From Eledone cirrhosa (lineage: Eukaryota), in assembly GCA_964016885.1 (NCBI GenBank), contig OZ024740.1, positions 186,372,001 to 186,436,000 of the forward strand: a DNA stretch of 64,000 nucleotides, read 5' to 3'. Below the pieces are notes generated by a model. It was given only the letters and a program-made list of their open reading frames with translations. It did not search any database and was not told the DNA's origin. The translations under genes and the position numbers were made by a program. Shown piece after piece: positions 12,944-28,384 of this stretch; the stretch's first letter is position 1; each line of letters opens with the position of its first letter.

Positions 12944-13379
12944 ATATATATATATAGATAGATATATACCTATATACACGCACACACACACACACAGACA
13001 CACACACGCTAGCCTTCTCTTGCGTGAGGATTGTTTTTCCTTCATTCGTTTCTTCTCAATTTCTTTATCTACATTCTATCGTTTCATTACCAATCAATCT
13101 TTAACACCCTTACTCATTCCCCGCACTTTTTTTTTCTCCCTTACCCAAATTCTTTCACTCTCAGATTGTTTAACCCAATCTCCTTGAACTCGCCGCCATC
13201 TCTCATCTTTACACTCTGTGTATTCATATATAAATGTATGGATACATATATATTCGTGTCAATACGTGTATATGTGTGCGTGTGCTTTTGGTGAATAAAT
13301 CTATTATTCGCTCTCCGATGCAAATTTGACACGTCTAAAATTGTAGACCATATTCTTGCCACGATACCATGGCAATTGC

Positions 13380-14119
<740 letters not shown>

Positions 14120-14396
14120 TTATATATATTCTTCTGCAATTCGATGTAATTTATATACAGGAATAGACGTATTTTTTCTTTCTTCTTTCATGGGTTTTGC
14201 GTTAGCTGCCAAAAATGTTTCTTACTGGACACCAAATTGCAGTAGCGTGACAGTTCCGATAAGTTTGCTACTATATTCATTACTGTTCGTTCCAACTAAA
14301 TTTAAACAAAGTGTCCAGGAGTTCAAAATAATATTTTACATGAAACACTGATAAAATGATAAGACATTTGTTTTGTTTTGTCAATATATATATATA

Positions 14397-14489
14397 TTTT
14401 CAGGTGGAAATAAAACAAAAACACAAAGAAAACAAACAAAAACAAATAAGCAAAACACAATTTTTATACATATATATATATACACAAAC

Positions 14490-14520
<31 letters not shown>

Positions 14521-14598
14521 TGTATGTATGTATGTATGTATGTATGTATGTATGTGTATGTATACATACATACATACATACATACATACATACATACA

Positions 14599-14631
<33 letters not shown>

Positions 14632-14704
14632 GTATAAAAATTGTGTTTTGCTTATTTGTTTTTGTTTGTTTTCTTTGTCTTTTTCTTTTATTTCCACCTG
14701 AAAA
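14397..14704. repeat. ~308-bp fold-back palindrome
   Basis: ~78-bp unique arms (TTTTCAGGTGGAAATAAAAC.. / ..TTTATTTCCACCTGAAAA, about 2 mismatches) enclose (TATG)n followed by (CATA)n. Confidence 0.9.
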
Positions 14705-15121
14705 CTTTCCCAGCAAACTCATTTTCATACATAAACTACCAATTTACTATAATAAATAGATTTTTTTTTTTTTTTTTCAAGAAAATATTGGACACATGTT
14801 GCAGAATTATATTTTTCTATTTTGCTTCTGATTTCTAGCATTCCATCGATTTAGTCCATTCTCTCTGTTTCTTTATCTTAGCAATAAGATATATATATAT
14901 ATATATAAGAAATAAAAAATATTGATTCTCTTGCTTTATTAGAACAATGTAATGTGGAGGTAGTACAGCAATTCCAAAGTCGAATATTTTTTTACCTTTA
15001 AATCAAACATATTTTTAGCTAATGACAGTTCAGTGACTTGATGATTGCATGTTTATATATATATATATATACATACATGCATATATATATATATGTTTAT
15101 ATATATATATATATACATACA

Positions 15122-15178
<57 letters not shown>

Positions 15179-16087
15179 GCACTTATTCTAAAGAGAAGAC
15201 ATTTCGTAATGGTGGGTGGATTACTCGAAGGCTTTTGTCATATCTAACTTGTTCAATATTTTATTTATTACTGCGGCCTATCTGTATATCAAAATGCAAA
15301 ATACAATTAATGGAATACCATGCTGTATCAATGGACATATTTTAGTAAATTTCGGTATGGGAAATTAATTAGCTTTTTGTGTTTATTTAAATGGCTTAGT
15401 GTGGCATTTACGATTCGCAGGACATTGCTAGAGAAGTAAGCAGGAAGTTATACATAAGCTGCTATTATGGTAACCAACTCACGGGAGACGCAGTAGAAGA
15501 CATGCTCAAAATTTCATCGATCAACTCTAGAAGATACAAACCTTAATAGGGAGCAGTTTAGTAGGAGTAACGGAAAAACCTTGAATTTTGGCGAGACATT
15601 GTCAGGAATTTTCGACTGTGGTCGCGATGATGATGACATTACAATAAAACTTTATAGTAGAAGTAATAAGGACAGTCAATTGGCAGGCTCTCTGAAACCT
15701 TGAATAGAACTTACTGAGATATTTGTTCCGCTTCTCTGTGCTTCAGGTTTGAGGAAATTGGTTGCTGTCAGCTTCGGGAACAGTTAGTCCATGAGATATG
15801 TCCATGGAAGTGAAAGAAGATATGTTCAGTTGAAATAAGATAAGAAGAATCTAATATTATATCTCAGAGTGAGGAAGAGTAATAAAAGGCTGTTATCACT
15901 CCTTCTGTAGAGACATGAGAGAGGAATTGACAGTGAAGACGTACTGTGGATGTTGTGAGTCTACACTAAGTGATATTGCGTGAAAGCGTCAAAGGTTTCA
16001 GATGTGAGATACACACTCACCTATATAAAACGTGCACACATACATACACAGATATATATATATATATGGGGGGGGGTGTATGTGTGT

Positions 16088-16124
<37 letters not shown>

Positions 16125-16125
<1 letters not shown>

Positions 16126-16354
16126 CCCAACACTCAAACAAAGATGGTGTTAGGCAGAACAAAGGAGAAACACAAAATAAAAACCCAGTCACTGAGGAGG
16201 CCACAGAATGTGTGACGAAAGAGGTTGGACAATATATAAACAAACATCCGGTCATCAAACCAGCCAACCAACCAACCACCGGAAATTTATAATAAATTGA
16301 AGTGAAACAACCGATGCGTGTTGTTATTGGCAACATAACCCTCCCAGAGTATTA

Positions 16355-16358
<4 letters not shown>
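16125..16358 (+). mobile_element. Solo PLE pseudo-LTR (same family as 11955-12712) with partly degenerate HHR at 16188-16230
   Basis: GTCA-CTGAGGA-G-GCCACAGAATGTGTGAC-GAAA-GAGGTT-GGAC. Shares AATAAATTGAAGTGAAA..TTATTGGCAACAT.ACCCTCCCA end, then (TA)n. Confidence 0.75.
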
Positions 16359-16409
<51 letters not shown>

Positions 16410-16410
<1 letters not shown>

Positions 16411-17478
16411 ATAATAATAAATTTGAAGACTAAAATCCAAAGAGGGCTCGATAAGGATAAATATATATCAAATATATAAGAACCGTAGAGCAAATATTTA
16501 TTAAAATAACAGATTAAAGTTTAAGCAAAGAATCGCTGCTTTCACCCTTAACGGGATCTTCTGAAACTAACAAAGTCAATCTGTAAACGTAGAACTGGAT
16601 ATTTCAAAAAACGTTGCAACCGGAGGAAGACAGGAAGACGATACTTTGGTTCGTGGAAACGTTTGCTGGCGAAGAACGGGAAAAAACGAATAATACGTCA
16701 TTAATAGGAGCGGTGAAAAACATTTACGCGCAAAGACAGAACCACGTTTATGGTATAAAAGAGGTCGTAGACTAATGTTCTCTTAGGTGGTGCATAGAGA
16801 CGTTCTCTGGCAATGAACGAAAAAACGAAGATAATACGTCATATGTGGAGCGTGGAGAACAATAGCACGCAAAGACAAAACCACGTAAATGGTATAGCAG
16901 AAGTCGTAGACTAAAATTCTAACTAGGAGACCAAATGAATCTCCGCTACAGAGTTAAGAACAAAGTAAATAAATACAATACAGAAGTAATAAATAAATAC
17001 ATACACGCAAACAAAAACGTACATACACAAGCATACGCAAAACCTTACCATAGGTATACAAAACCACGCACATATAAATATATGTGTGTGTGTATGCGTG
17101 TATAGAAATAAATAAATAATTATATAAACGTATAAACATATACTTAGCTCCCACAATCAAGACGTAAATTATCCACGTATAGATCGTACTATCCGTTAGG
17201 GTATAACGTGGGGCTGTAATACAGGAAAGTTTTGTGCAATTTATGTTTACAAGCCGAAATTGCCTAAGATTTTTATTTAAGATGTGGTCTGCGGCGTAGA
17301 GTATTTCCAGGGCCTCAGCGGCGCAGAGGTCACATGGTCTTTTATTTCCGTTATACGATCTAGCCCTAGCTAGGATCTCCCATTGTAACTTATATTGGGT
17401 GTGGTTGTCTTTTAGACTCCAGATATAAGCTGAAAGTGACGTCATATTCCTTCTGAGAGGGTAACGAAAAGAATGGGT
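16410..17478 (-). mobile_element. Naiad-type PLE 3' fragment: GIY-YIG C-terminus + 3' UTR with ~140-bp direct repeats
   Basis: HTHSFRYPLRRNMTSLSAYIWSLKD..QYKLQWEILARARSYNGNKRPCDLCAAEALEIL..ILNK parallels the C-terminal half of ORF 9973-10464. Repeats at 16680-16775 and 16820-16915. Confidence 0.75.
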
Positions 17479-19884
17479 ATGCATATATATGTGTGTGTGT
17501 GTGTGGGTGTGTGGTTTCTATTAAAGTTCAGACACTTAACTTATAATGTCTGGGTGACCTTAGGTTTCGGGGTCCAGTTATGGCTACCACTGGTTCGTGG
17601 AGTAGCCATTCTAAAACAGGCTTCTCTTGTCAGGCGCAAAGACGAATTTAAAGTGATATTTTTGTATCATACAAAAAATATTATAGTTATTGAATTATAT
17701 ATATTCGTCTACAAATCGTCAGTCACGATTCATATATCAAAATTGATAACACAAAAGTGGGGTGATATAGTAGACATGACTGGGAAAATGTTGATGTTGA
17801 AGCCTCACGGGGATTTGAAAATAAGATAGAATGATATTTATGCGCCTACTTCAAGTCTCATCAATCTCATCAGCTTTAATGCACAGTCACGTTGACATTA
17901 AGATACATCATCGAGGCTTACTTAATTTAGTATTTATCCACTCGAAGATCTCTTTATCTTAAACTAATATCTGCAGTTCTACGTAAATAAACAAGTTTAT
18001 ATCAATGGAATCTAGTTGATTTTGACGTTATGTAACATTTCATAGACATATAAATCGGATGTAATTTCTGCGAACTAGACTATTTTAAATTCTTTTACTG
18101 GTTTCAGTCATTGTATTGTGGCCATGATGGGGTAAAACCTTAACGTTTTTATTCGATCAATATCGACCTCAGTACTTACTTAAGCCTCTTAATTATTTTA
18201 TCACTCTCGGTGTCCGTGTTCATGGCAAAAGAAGTTTTTAATTCTCATTTGCCCATCTCACTTAACGATAGACAATTACTTTGGGAATTAACTGCTACAA
18301 TTTAAAACCATTAATACAAATGTTTATTTTTCATTCTTCTGTTAATTTCAATGAATTGCAAATAATGAAATACTTCTTATTGCATCATTTTCTATTTGTT
18401 CTGTTTCGGGAATACTATACATTAATCGGTGAATGTCAAATAGTAGACTTTATAAGCGCACATTTTACACAGAAACATAAACTGTCTGGCTTATGTGACA
18501 CTTCCTTTCTGGCTGAACGTTTTGCTAAGAAGCAAACTATAGAATCGAGACTGAGGAGATAGGATGGGATAATAAAATGTTTTGTAGTGTAATACGAAAA
18601 CGCAGTGGAACGGAATGTGGTCGATACGTCTTTCGCATATCAACAGTGGTCCAATGGCTCTGTAGGTTTTACGCTGATATTGTCTCGTACATTATTTTCC
18701 TACGTTTTAATCTTTGTTCGTCATCTCTTTGTACGCGCGTGGGTGTGTGTGAAAATATCATGGGTAAATCAGTGGGTATAAAACGCAGTCCACCAAAATA
18801 ACTATAACATCATAACCAGAAATAGCCATCATTAAGCCTATGAGTATTTAAGCCAGATCAAGTTCGCTTCATGGTTTATTCTCACTTTGCTGTTGTCTGA
18901 GACAGTTGAGAGTAAACGTCTGGTTATAAAAGTCAATGATCATTTAGGCACTGCTGAAGCTGACCGGGACCATATCAAGCTGACCGGGACCATATCCTGC
19001 TCACAACTATCGGATTGGAGCTGGCAAGTGCGAGCGCCACGAAGTGTACTGGCTGTTCTAGCGCTTGACTATCACCGTCCTCCAGAGCAATATCTTCTGC
19101 ATCCTGTAGACCAGGACCACGAGGTGTACTGGCCCTTAAGATATTCTGCTATAAAACAGGCTACCAAATCGGGAAAATAGATTTCAACTAAAATATTCAT
19201 TTTCTCGCTCCACTTGACAAAAGAAAACCCAGCCAAATTCATTTTGGTGAAAAAGTAGTCTTTCCTTACTTAAATCGAACATTAAACTAACACATCCGCT
19301 TTCACACATTCACTTATAAAATCTCCCATATCACAACAAAATGCTTTAAATGGTAAAGTCTTCATTTAAACCGACTGACGAAAAATTCTCTGTTAAATTT
19401 TACGCAGTGTTATATCTTTTACATGGTCTCATCGTATACCATGAAAAAAAGAAAAATATTAAAATTAGTAGTTTGCCTTCCTTGCAGGTCTGTCTCAATT
19501 CGTCGTGGTCCTTATCACTTTTCCCACTGCAATAAACACATATAGCATATTGTACAACTCGTACAACAGATTACAGCTTTAACAATTACCTCATAATAAT
19601 TCTATATTACAAAGTGATACAAAACGTTTCCTGCGACAATGATATACACACGTCCATTTATACTGTTCCACAACAATTTAAGTACATGGCCAACAATTTT
19701 GGTGGGAGATTAAAGTCGATTAAATCGACCCCATGGATTGTATGGATACCATAAGGATGAAAGGCAAAGCTAACCTCGGTGGGATTGGAAATCACTACGT
19801 AAAGGGTCGTAAATCTATGCCGCTAAGCATGGTATTCGACGCTCTACCGATACTGCCAATCACTAATAATAATAATAATTTCTT

Positions 19885-20430
19885 AATTCACCAATAACCT
19901 GAAAACGACAAACTGATCATACACTGGAATATGCCAATTTACACAGACAGGAAGTTTAAGGCAAATGGACCGGATATTATTATCAAGGAGCGTCAAGAAA
20001 AGAAGTGTTGTTCCCTTTTAGAAATATCAGTCATAATATATGACAAGAAATGATGAAACTATCCAAATATAAGATCTGGTAGTGGTGGTGATGACGCTGC
20101 TGATGATGAATAAATGTGTTTACTTTTGGCAGTGGGCCAACAATTTTTTGTGGGGTAAGGTATTTTATTTTTTAGACCCTTAAGGATGAAGGGCAAGGGT
20201 AACTTCAGAGAATTTGAACTCAGGTCGTAACTATATGCCGCAAAGCATTTTGATAGACGCTAATAATAATAATATACAGCATACAAAAATAACACTACTA
20301 TAGACTGCAAATTACAAAGAGTAGTCTCAATACAATAGAAACAACCTTGCCACCAACCACACTGCACATACCCAAGGAGGATAGAGCTGAGCTTGGTAAT
20401 GCAGTGACGACACACAATAAATATAATAAT
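19885..20430 (+). mobile_element. Two decayed fragments of a Dong/R4 LINE in (TAA)n, separated by a SINE remnant
   Basis: PENDKLIIHWNMPIYTDRKFKANGPDIIIKE (RLE PD motif region, about 19898-19990) and IYSIQKITLL..VVSIQ* plus 3' UTR ending in (TAA)n. Confidence 0.6.
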
Positions 20431-21117
20431 AATAATGATGACGATGATGATGACGATTTCTATAGTAATTGTAATAATGTTTTTTTTAAATGTATATATT
20501 AATATATTATGTAATATAAAAAAACATAATGTAATATTATATAATGTAAATTCTCATTAGAATTGTGGCTTGTTTGCACATATTATTTAATGCCCTGTTG
20601 TCTTTTTCATTTTGCTTTATTATTTACTTTTTTTCATTAGATTAATTCTTGGATATAGGAAAAAAAGTATTGATAATATAAATAGTAAATATTTTTTAAA
20701 AAATAGACAGAAACGAAAAATACGAAGAATATAAAAATTAGACAATAAAATAAATAATAAATAAATAGCAGATTTTTTAGTAAAATTATCAAACTAGAAC
20801 AGGATCAAGACAAGAGCCATACTCAACAAATAAATGCTAAAAATGTTGTAAAGACAAAATTGAATATTAAAGAACACAAGAACAAGAAAACAACATGAAA
20901 AAGTACCAATATCAAACGATTGAAAAAGAACATTAAATACAGGAAGAATAATTACGAAAGAAATTATACACGAAGAAAGAAAGCGAATATAAATAACCAT
21001 TTTTTTTCTTTTTTATAAATACTATTTTATTTTGTTTATTGAACAAGCTAATTCTTCAATGTATTGGGAAATTGTCTGGAATAAATTGATGGCAATTCAA
21101 ATCTATGTATCTCTCTC

Positions 21118-21234
<117 letters not shown>

Positions 21235-21314
21235 AAGTTTGTATATATATGTGCATGTGTGTTTGTTTGTGTGTGTATATTCAAATATGCATACAAAATT
21301 ACATGCACGTAAAA

Positions 21315-21436
<122 letters not shown>

Positions 21437-23596
21437 TTAGCGGGAGAGACAAAGGGAACCATGCAGCGACACAAAAAATATGAAATAAGAAAAAGCTATT
21501 CGATTTAAATTTTCAGGAAAACTTACTCTACAGTAAAACTCATTTCTTAATTTGTATCGAGAAAATATACTAACAAAAAAACGTCATTCAAAATTACTAC
21601 TAAAGCAACAATCTTTATATGTTTTCATTTAATATAATAAAAGTGTTGTGTTTTTTCCTTGCTTGCTTTGTTGTTTCGTTTTAACATTAATATGTCCAAA
21701 TTCAGTAATACTGAAAAGAATGCAATGATGGTGATAGTTGGTGATTGTGATGCTGGTGATGGTGGTAGCTGTAGTAGTAAAAACTTTGGCGGTGGCAATA
21801 GTAAATGAGATGATGATAACGATTTAGATCATATGGAGAAACGTTTTGTTGCTACTAAATCAGTCCTGGTCGAACATGTTACGTGTTAACATCTGATGAT
21901 GACATACTAGTGCCAGTTGCTGTTGTGATTACTACATAACGGCTGCAAACTGGTGTCACTGAAATACGTATTATACAAGAAATGAGATTATGTAACCATA
22001 GCATCTACAAAACGGTATTTCATACATAGATTCTATTGTGTGTGATCGCCATCGTAATGCTGGATATATTTGAACTACGTAGAGTGTTTTTACCTGCTTG
22101 CACTTGTTTATCAACGAGATGTCGCAACGCAGCTTTCACGAATATGTAATTAACAATATATATATAGTTGGTTCATAGAATGCACCAAAGTGCACATACA
22201 GTATATACGTGTGTTTATGTGCTAGCGGGTGATTAGAGACTATTGTGTATATAATACTCACGAATTTGCACGTACACTTACGTGTAAGGTCACACATGCT
22301 TATGCAACAACATGTTATGTGGTATATATACGTATTATTTGGTAGACGTAAAGAATGTAGTGATTCCATTTATCGTTAGGTAAAAATAAAATCACGCGAT
22401 AGGGATTTAAATTTTTTATTATTATTTTTGGGGGGAATTCATTTTGAGGAAATATTTACGCTTTGAGCATAGAATTGTCATTATTTCTACAAACATGCAA
22501 TCGGTGCATATTTCTTTAATATTAAACACATCAGTTTGTACATATTTGTGTTGTATGTGTATATATGTGTGTATGTTTTGTATGTGTATGTAGTCTGATT
22601 TGTTAGTTCAAAGACAGAATTGTTACACATGTCAAAGAAACAGTCATGCACTCTCCTATACATAAACAATGGCCGCTAAAACCACCAAAGTAACTACAAA
22701 TGCTAAGATTTATACCATCTTTGGCATACAATGCCAAACTAATAAATAACATACAAGAAGTAAATGCACACGCACCAATGACAAGCCACAATTTGGTCAC
22801 TAATCCTGCAAGAAAAGGCAGAGAAATCTCACTCAAATGTTGCCCTAGTGTCTGAAAAGGGGTGCACGCATTAGATAGTATAGTATTAGTCCTACCACAT
22901 GCATGAAAAACGAAAAATGATCATAGGTCTACTCTATCAGGTCTCACCAAGGGTTAACGACCTACAACAACAATATTTCCAAAGCTCTACCTAATAACTA
23001 GGGCTTCTTTCAGAACGAAAGAAAAATAAGCTCTCATTGTTAATCATTTTCCTACCACTACAGACATCTGTTGCTCGAAGTTGGCTGGTCTTGGGCCATC
23101 ACCCCTCAGGCACACATATCATATGTGTCTTTATTCCTTCCGACATTTATTATGTCCCCCACACCCCCTGGGCCCCACACCACCTGGGCCCCACACCACC
23201 TGGGCACACTAACCATATACCTCAATCCTTCCATCGCTGAACGTCATGCTTCCGAAATTCTTTCCTTGTGCCTGTTTTTGCTGACGTCATCAGCTTACAA
23301 TTGTTTAACACCAGTCGTTCTGGGCTCTACAAACTTGCGAATATCATGGCTACAGACAGGCCAGATATTAACTGTGGGTCCGCAAAACTGGTAAACGTCA
23401 TAGGTTACGTGTGAAATGTAAGCCCCGTTTGAACGTAATCATTAAGCTGCTTTTTAGATCGGGACTCAATATGTAATTAATGTACATGATGTACTTGTGT
23501 GCAAAGGAACGCACTAAAAGTACTAGAACTTAAAGTGCGTAAATAAAAAAGAAAGTGTGCAGACCAAGATGACGAGCAGCTTAAAATTCCTGGTTG

Positions 23597-23875
23597 ACGC
23601 GTGGTCTAGTAGTAAGGGTGTTAGTCTTACGATCATAATGTTGTGCGTTCGATTCGTTGATTGTGTTGTATGTTGCGTTTTTGAACAAAACATCATTTTA
23701 CATTGCTCCAGTATACCCAGCTGAAAATGAGTACTAGCTGTGGCTGGGGATTTAACCCGCCGATGGACTGGTGTCCTGTCCAGGAGGGAGTCTTGTACTC
23801 TAAATCGGTTCGCGCTACTGAAACCGAAATAAGCACCAGCCTGATAAGTATCCGGGCTCAAGACAGACTTTAGAC
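23597..23875 (+). mobile_element. tRNA-derived SINE family B (CORE-like and V-like central blocks)
   Basis: GTGGTCTAGTAG box A, GTTCGATTC box B, TTGAACAAAACATCATTTTACATTGCTCCAGTATACCCAGCTG, CGATGGACTGGTGTCCTGTCCAGG. Homologues at 29010-29265 and 33612-33882. Confidence 0.75.
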
Positions 23876-24618
23876 ATTTTTAGTAAAATTACCTTCATTA
23901 ATCATGTTAGTTCTTATTCATAAAAAACGTTAAAAACAAATACGCAATGTAATCACTAGTTCTACCACGGTAGTTTTAATCAATGTTGATGAGAGTCAAT
24001 ACTGTAAAAGCAAAAAGAAAAAAAATCTAGGTAAGTTAAATTATCCTGAGGCGAGGAAATATTTCACACTCACACATAATTCCTTCACCTGATAATGAAA
24101 ATATTTTCAGACAATAAACGAGCGTAATCTTGTTCAGTTCTTATAAAAAATGTTTGGGTTTGTGCCCAAATAAAGTAATCGATATTACCTGTGAGTACAG
24201 AAAACCTTCGATAAACTGCTGCTACTACAATTATTGTTTGTGAATAACAATGTATCTCAAAAGCTAAGTATTGAGTTAGCACTGGTTCTGTTAGATAGTG
24301 TTCTTTTAATATCCTACACAATTTACCGAATCCCCTCTTCTCCACCTCCACCGACTCCCTCCAATTGCGAATAAAATAAATACCTGTTTTCTTTGCACAC
24401 TGAAAAATAACAAGAACATTAGAGAACTGCCGTTTCTATGACAACATTCAGCGTTGTACATTGTTAATAAAAAGTAACGTGTATATACATATATGTATAT
24501 ACACGTAATATATACATATATGTATATATTACGTGTCCATGCGCACGCACACATTCTCTCTCTCTCCCTCTCTCTCACCCCCTCTCTCTTTCTCTCTCTC
24601 TCTCACACACACACACAG

Positions 24619-24650
<32 letters not shown>

Positions 24651-26218
24651 ATATATATACATACACACACACATAAAGAGGTTTGAGAGAATGCGATTTT
24701 TTGCCAAAATCTATAGAAACTGATATATATATATATATATGTGTGTGTGTTGGTGTGTGTGTTTCTTTGTGTGCGCGTGGAAGTGTCTGTATGCGCACGC
24801 GTGTGTGTTTGCGGATCTGCGTGTGTATTTGTGGATCTGCTGGTGTGTACTCAGATATGTGTTCTTAAATGTTGATAAACAACAAACAATAAGTAATCAA
24901 ATGTGCATGTCAAATATTTATTATAAGAAAGTCCACTGTAACTTCGCAGTTATACTGAGAGTGGCTTATAAACTCTTTCAGCAAGCCATCCTCGGTAAAA
25001 CTGCAAACTGTCAGCATTTTAATTACGTATATGAATGGGTTTGTATAGGTCTCTTTGTGTATGTGTGTATGCTAGTTTGTGTATCTTTATCTTTCTGTGT
25101 GTATGTGTGCATGTTAGTGTGCATGCTTACGCGCATGTGTCTTTGTGTTGGTAGGGGTATGTTACTACTTTATTCGCTAAAATTGTTGTCCCTCTCCTTG
25201 AAAAAGTGGGTAGGGAAATAAAATCAATCACGGTAAAAATCTTAAAGATTTTAATATGCAGTATACAACCCACCTTTCCCCCTCTCTCTCTCCCCCCTCT
25301 CTCTCTCTCCCCCTTCTCTCTCTCTTTCTGTCTCCATCTCTCTCTCTCTATCTCTCTCTCTCTATCTATCTCTCTCTCTCTGAATATCACTCTTCTTTTT
25401 AAGTGTGTTTTTATTTCATTTTTAATATTTTATAGACTCATCCATTAAAGTCAGTGATGTTGGATAAGATTGATATCAATTATTTCAATACTGTTTGTTT
25501 TAAATAAATAAATAAATAATTGTTTCTACATTTGGCACAAGGCCAGCAATTATCCAGTACATTACTGATACTTTATTTTATCGACCCCGTAAGGATGAAA
25601 GGCAAAGTTAATAATGATGATAAAAATAATTATTATTATTATCATTATTACTTTGCAGGATAGAGTCACGGCCCTTTAAAATCCCGCTATGGTTAACTTT
25701 GCATGTCATCCTTATAGGGTCGATAAAATATAGCACCAGGCACCTACTGGAGTCGATTTAATCGATTCTTTCACTCCCCAAAAATAGTTGGCCTTGTGCT
25801 TGTGCCAAGTCAGAATCGATAGAACTTCAGACAACATGCTTTGATTCATAGAGTTATGGCATTTTACGTTCTGGGTTCAAATCACGCCGTGGTTAGTTTT
25901 ACCTTCTTCCTTACGGAGTCGAATAAAGTACCAGCAATGCAATGGCATAATTGCTGGCCCTGTGTCAAAAGCAGAAACAATTATTGTTTACTTACTGCAG
26001 TTCATCGCTACCTTAGCTTTCAAAACGTGCACCTATGTTAGCTATAAAGTGTAAAGCTGGTTACTTAGGAATGCTTTTCATCAGGCGAGTAGATATGATG
26101 GCTGATGTTATTTCGTATAAATCACGTGAAATTAAAGTAAGGTAAATAAACTAGGCATCTTATGGTTATTCAAGGGGAATAACTCCTGTGCTTATACGTT
26201 TAATTTTGTATGCATTCA

Positions 26219-26252
<34 letters not shown>

Positions 26253-26257
26253 ATAAT

Positions 26258-26440
26258 TGTTTCTACGTTTGGCACATGGCCCACAAAATTCAGTACATTA
26301 CTGGTACTTTATTTTATCGACCCCGTAAGGATGAAAGGCAAAATTAACCTCGGCGAGATTTGAACTCAGAATGGCAAGGGCCGTAACTCTATACGTCAAA
26401 TCATGGCGTCCGACCCTCTACCGATACTGCGAATCTACCG
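26258..26440 (-). mobile_element. SINE family A copy
   Basis: Same sequence as 3136-3319. Partial copies also at 25521-25610, 25675-25980 and 19685-19865. Confidence 0.85.
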
Positions 26441-26494
26441 GAATAATGAAAATGCGAAGTTGTTGTAGATGTTAAAGAGACCTTTATTGATAAG

Positions 26495-26569
26495 GCTGTG
26501 ATACATATTTCAATAACAACAGTGGCCACGGGATTTCCGGTAATCAGTGTCATGATCTCATCAGACAGC
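26495..26569 (-). ncRNA. Type-I hammerhead ribozyme with extended stem II, followed by AATAAA (PLE-type 3' end)
   Basis: GCTGT-CTGATGA-GATCATGACA..TGTTGTTATT-GAAA-TATGTA-TC-ACAGC-CTTATC-AATAAA. Confidence 0.75.
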
Positions 26570-27656
26570 ATAATAAGGTTACGTTTTCGAGTCAATCCGA
26601 ACTAAAGCGGCAAGGAAACGGAAAAAAATAATGTTTTTGAAGCCTTTCATCTGTTCCCTTCCCCCTCCACAGTTGGGAGCAGAGCGTGTGTTGTGTGTTT
26701 GTGTCTATACGTACTTTATACGTATATTATTTATGGTTTGTCATGTTGAAGTCAGATACCTTATGTGCGTGGTGATGTGTGAGGCCGACATAAATGAATT
26801 AAGGGGAAATATGTTGTCTGAGTGATGATGTTGGATGTATGAGCTTGTTTTTATCCCATGTTCATAGTAAATGGCATATTAGGAGCGGGTAACCTCTAAA
26901 TATCCCTTTCTTACTGCTCGGGCATTTTCTGGCAGATTTCAATCCCTGTATTATCTGGAATTTCCCGTTTTGGCATAGCGAACACCCTTAGTTCCTTTGC
27001 TGTACGACCTGGATATATCTCGGATATGCCATTAAAGTGTGTAGGCTATCCTTTTATATTTTATTTCACAGAATCTCTTTGCTAGCCCCGTGGCTGTCAT
27101 GGGTTACCAAATATCTTTATTCGGTCCTTATGGAATTTATCTTGGGAATGGTCGTTTCGATTATGCAAGGTTGGAAAACCATCGTCATGGCAGAGGCTAA
27201 TGGTCAGGGAATTTATTCTTAAGTTTAATAAGGATAAATATTCCAAGTCGTACATATCACCGTTGTTATACGACATTGTTGGATCTTTAATATTGGGATC
27301 AAAACAAGGTCGCGCGCGCGCGCATGCATCCATGCCAGACACAAAAAATATACACACAATTACAGCAGTGCACACACACAGAAAGATTATAGCGACAAAC
27401 AAATGCGATTCTCTGTATCAATTTGTTTGCGTGTTTGTTAGTTTGGCGTTTAATAATTTGTTGCGGTTTTAGTGAACATCATTTCACACCAGGATGTTGT
27501 AGAAGAGAGGGCGTAGTCCTGAGTTCTCTCGTTAAGATTACATTATATTTATTGTAAGCCTTCATAAACAAAGATGACTTAAGAAAACGTATACATGTCT
27601 GTACATAAAGACAGATAGCCCTTACTCCCATGCAAATATGTACACAAAATATATAT

Positions 27657-27774
27657 CAAAATGTATGACTTATGCCACTGCCAAAACGCTATCTTTGAAA
27701 TAGCGTGTCAGTGGTAGCATTGACACGTGAATTCAAAGATAGCGTTTTGGCAGTGACATACGCCATACAGTTTG
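27657..27774. mobile_element. Hairpin MITE-like palindrome in (TA)n, with a second partial arm at 27803-27830
   Basis: Perfect 24-bp core CACTGCCAAAACGCTATCTTTGAA (27676-27699) pairs with 27732-27755; inner stem CGTGTCAGTG/CATTGACACG. Confidence 0.7.
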
Positions 27775-27827
27775 GCGTGTGCATATATATATATATATAT
27801 ATCAAAATGTATGGCCTATGTCACTGG

Positions 27828-27907
<80 letters not shown>

Positions 27908-27909
<2 letters not shown>

Positions 27910-28322
27910 TTGTTTTGCAAGGTTTTTTTATATGAAATCGTGTGTCGAAACAAATATTTTTATACTTGAGGAGGGTTATATTGTTGTAATAATATTGCCA
28001 GAAATAATAACAGAACACACTCACTGTTTGGTTGGTTTTCGCCTCTGTCGACGCCATTTTTTGGCGTAGACATACAATACAACAGGAGGAAACACAATAG
28101 TACCACTGACGATGTTGTAGATGTGCAAAGAAAGAACTTTGATAGACTATATTTATATATCTGTATTTTTTAACCGTTGGTCAATCAATGATAAACGTTG
28201 ATTGCCAAATAAATTAACTATGGAGATATAAAAGGTACAGAAGCAAAAACCAACCAAACAGTGAATGTGTTCTGTTATTATTTCTGGCAATATTATTACA
28301 ACAATATGACCCTCTCTAAATA

Positions 28323-28328
<6 letters not shown>
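27908..28328 (+). mobile_element. PLE pseudo-LTR with HHR (28101-28144) and inverted 5' copy carrying the ORF start
   Basis: TACCA-CTGACGA-T-GTTGTA(GATG)TGCAAA-GAAA-GAACTT-TGATA. 27971-28048 is inverted at 28237-28314. Related to 11955-12712. Confidence 0.72.

Positions 28329-28384
<56 letters not shown>

Noticed and set aside
17545-17635. Minus-strand GAAACCTAAGGTC with upstream hairpin, and similar partial cores at about 16545 and 38670
   Set aside because: CUGAnGA or stem I is missing; treated only as decayed HHR relics.
23040-23240. Possible degenerate GIY-YIG tails here and at about 2150-2320, 13130-13200 and 34340-34660
   Set aside because: Only vague motif echoes (TSVAR..GH, LGTL..LN); too decayed to call without a profile search.
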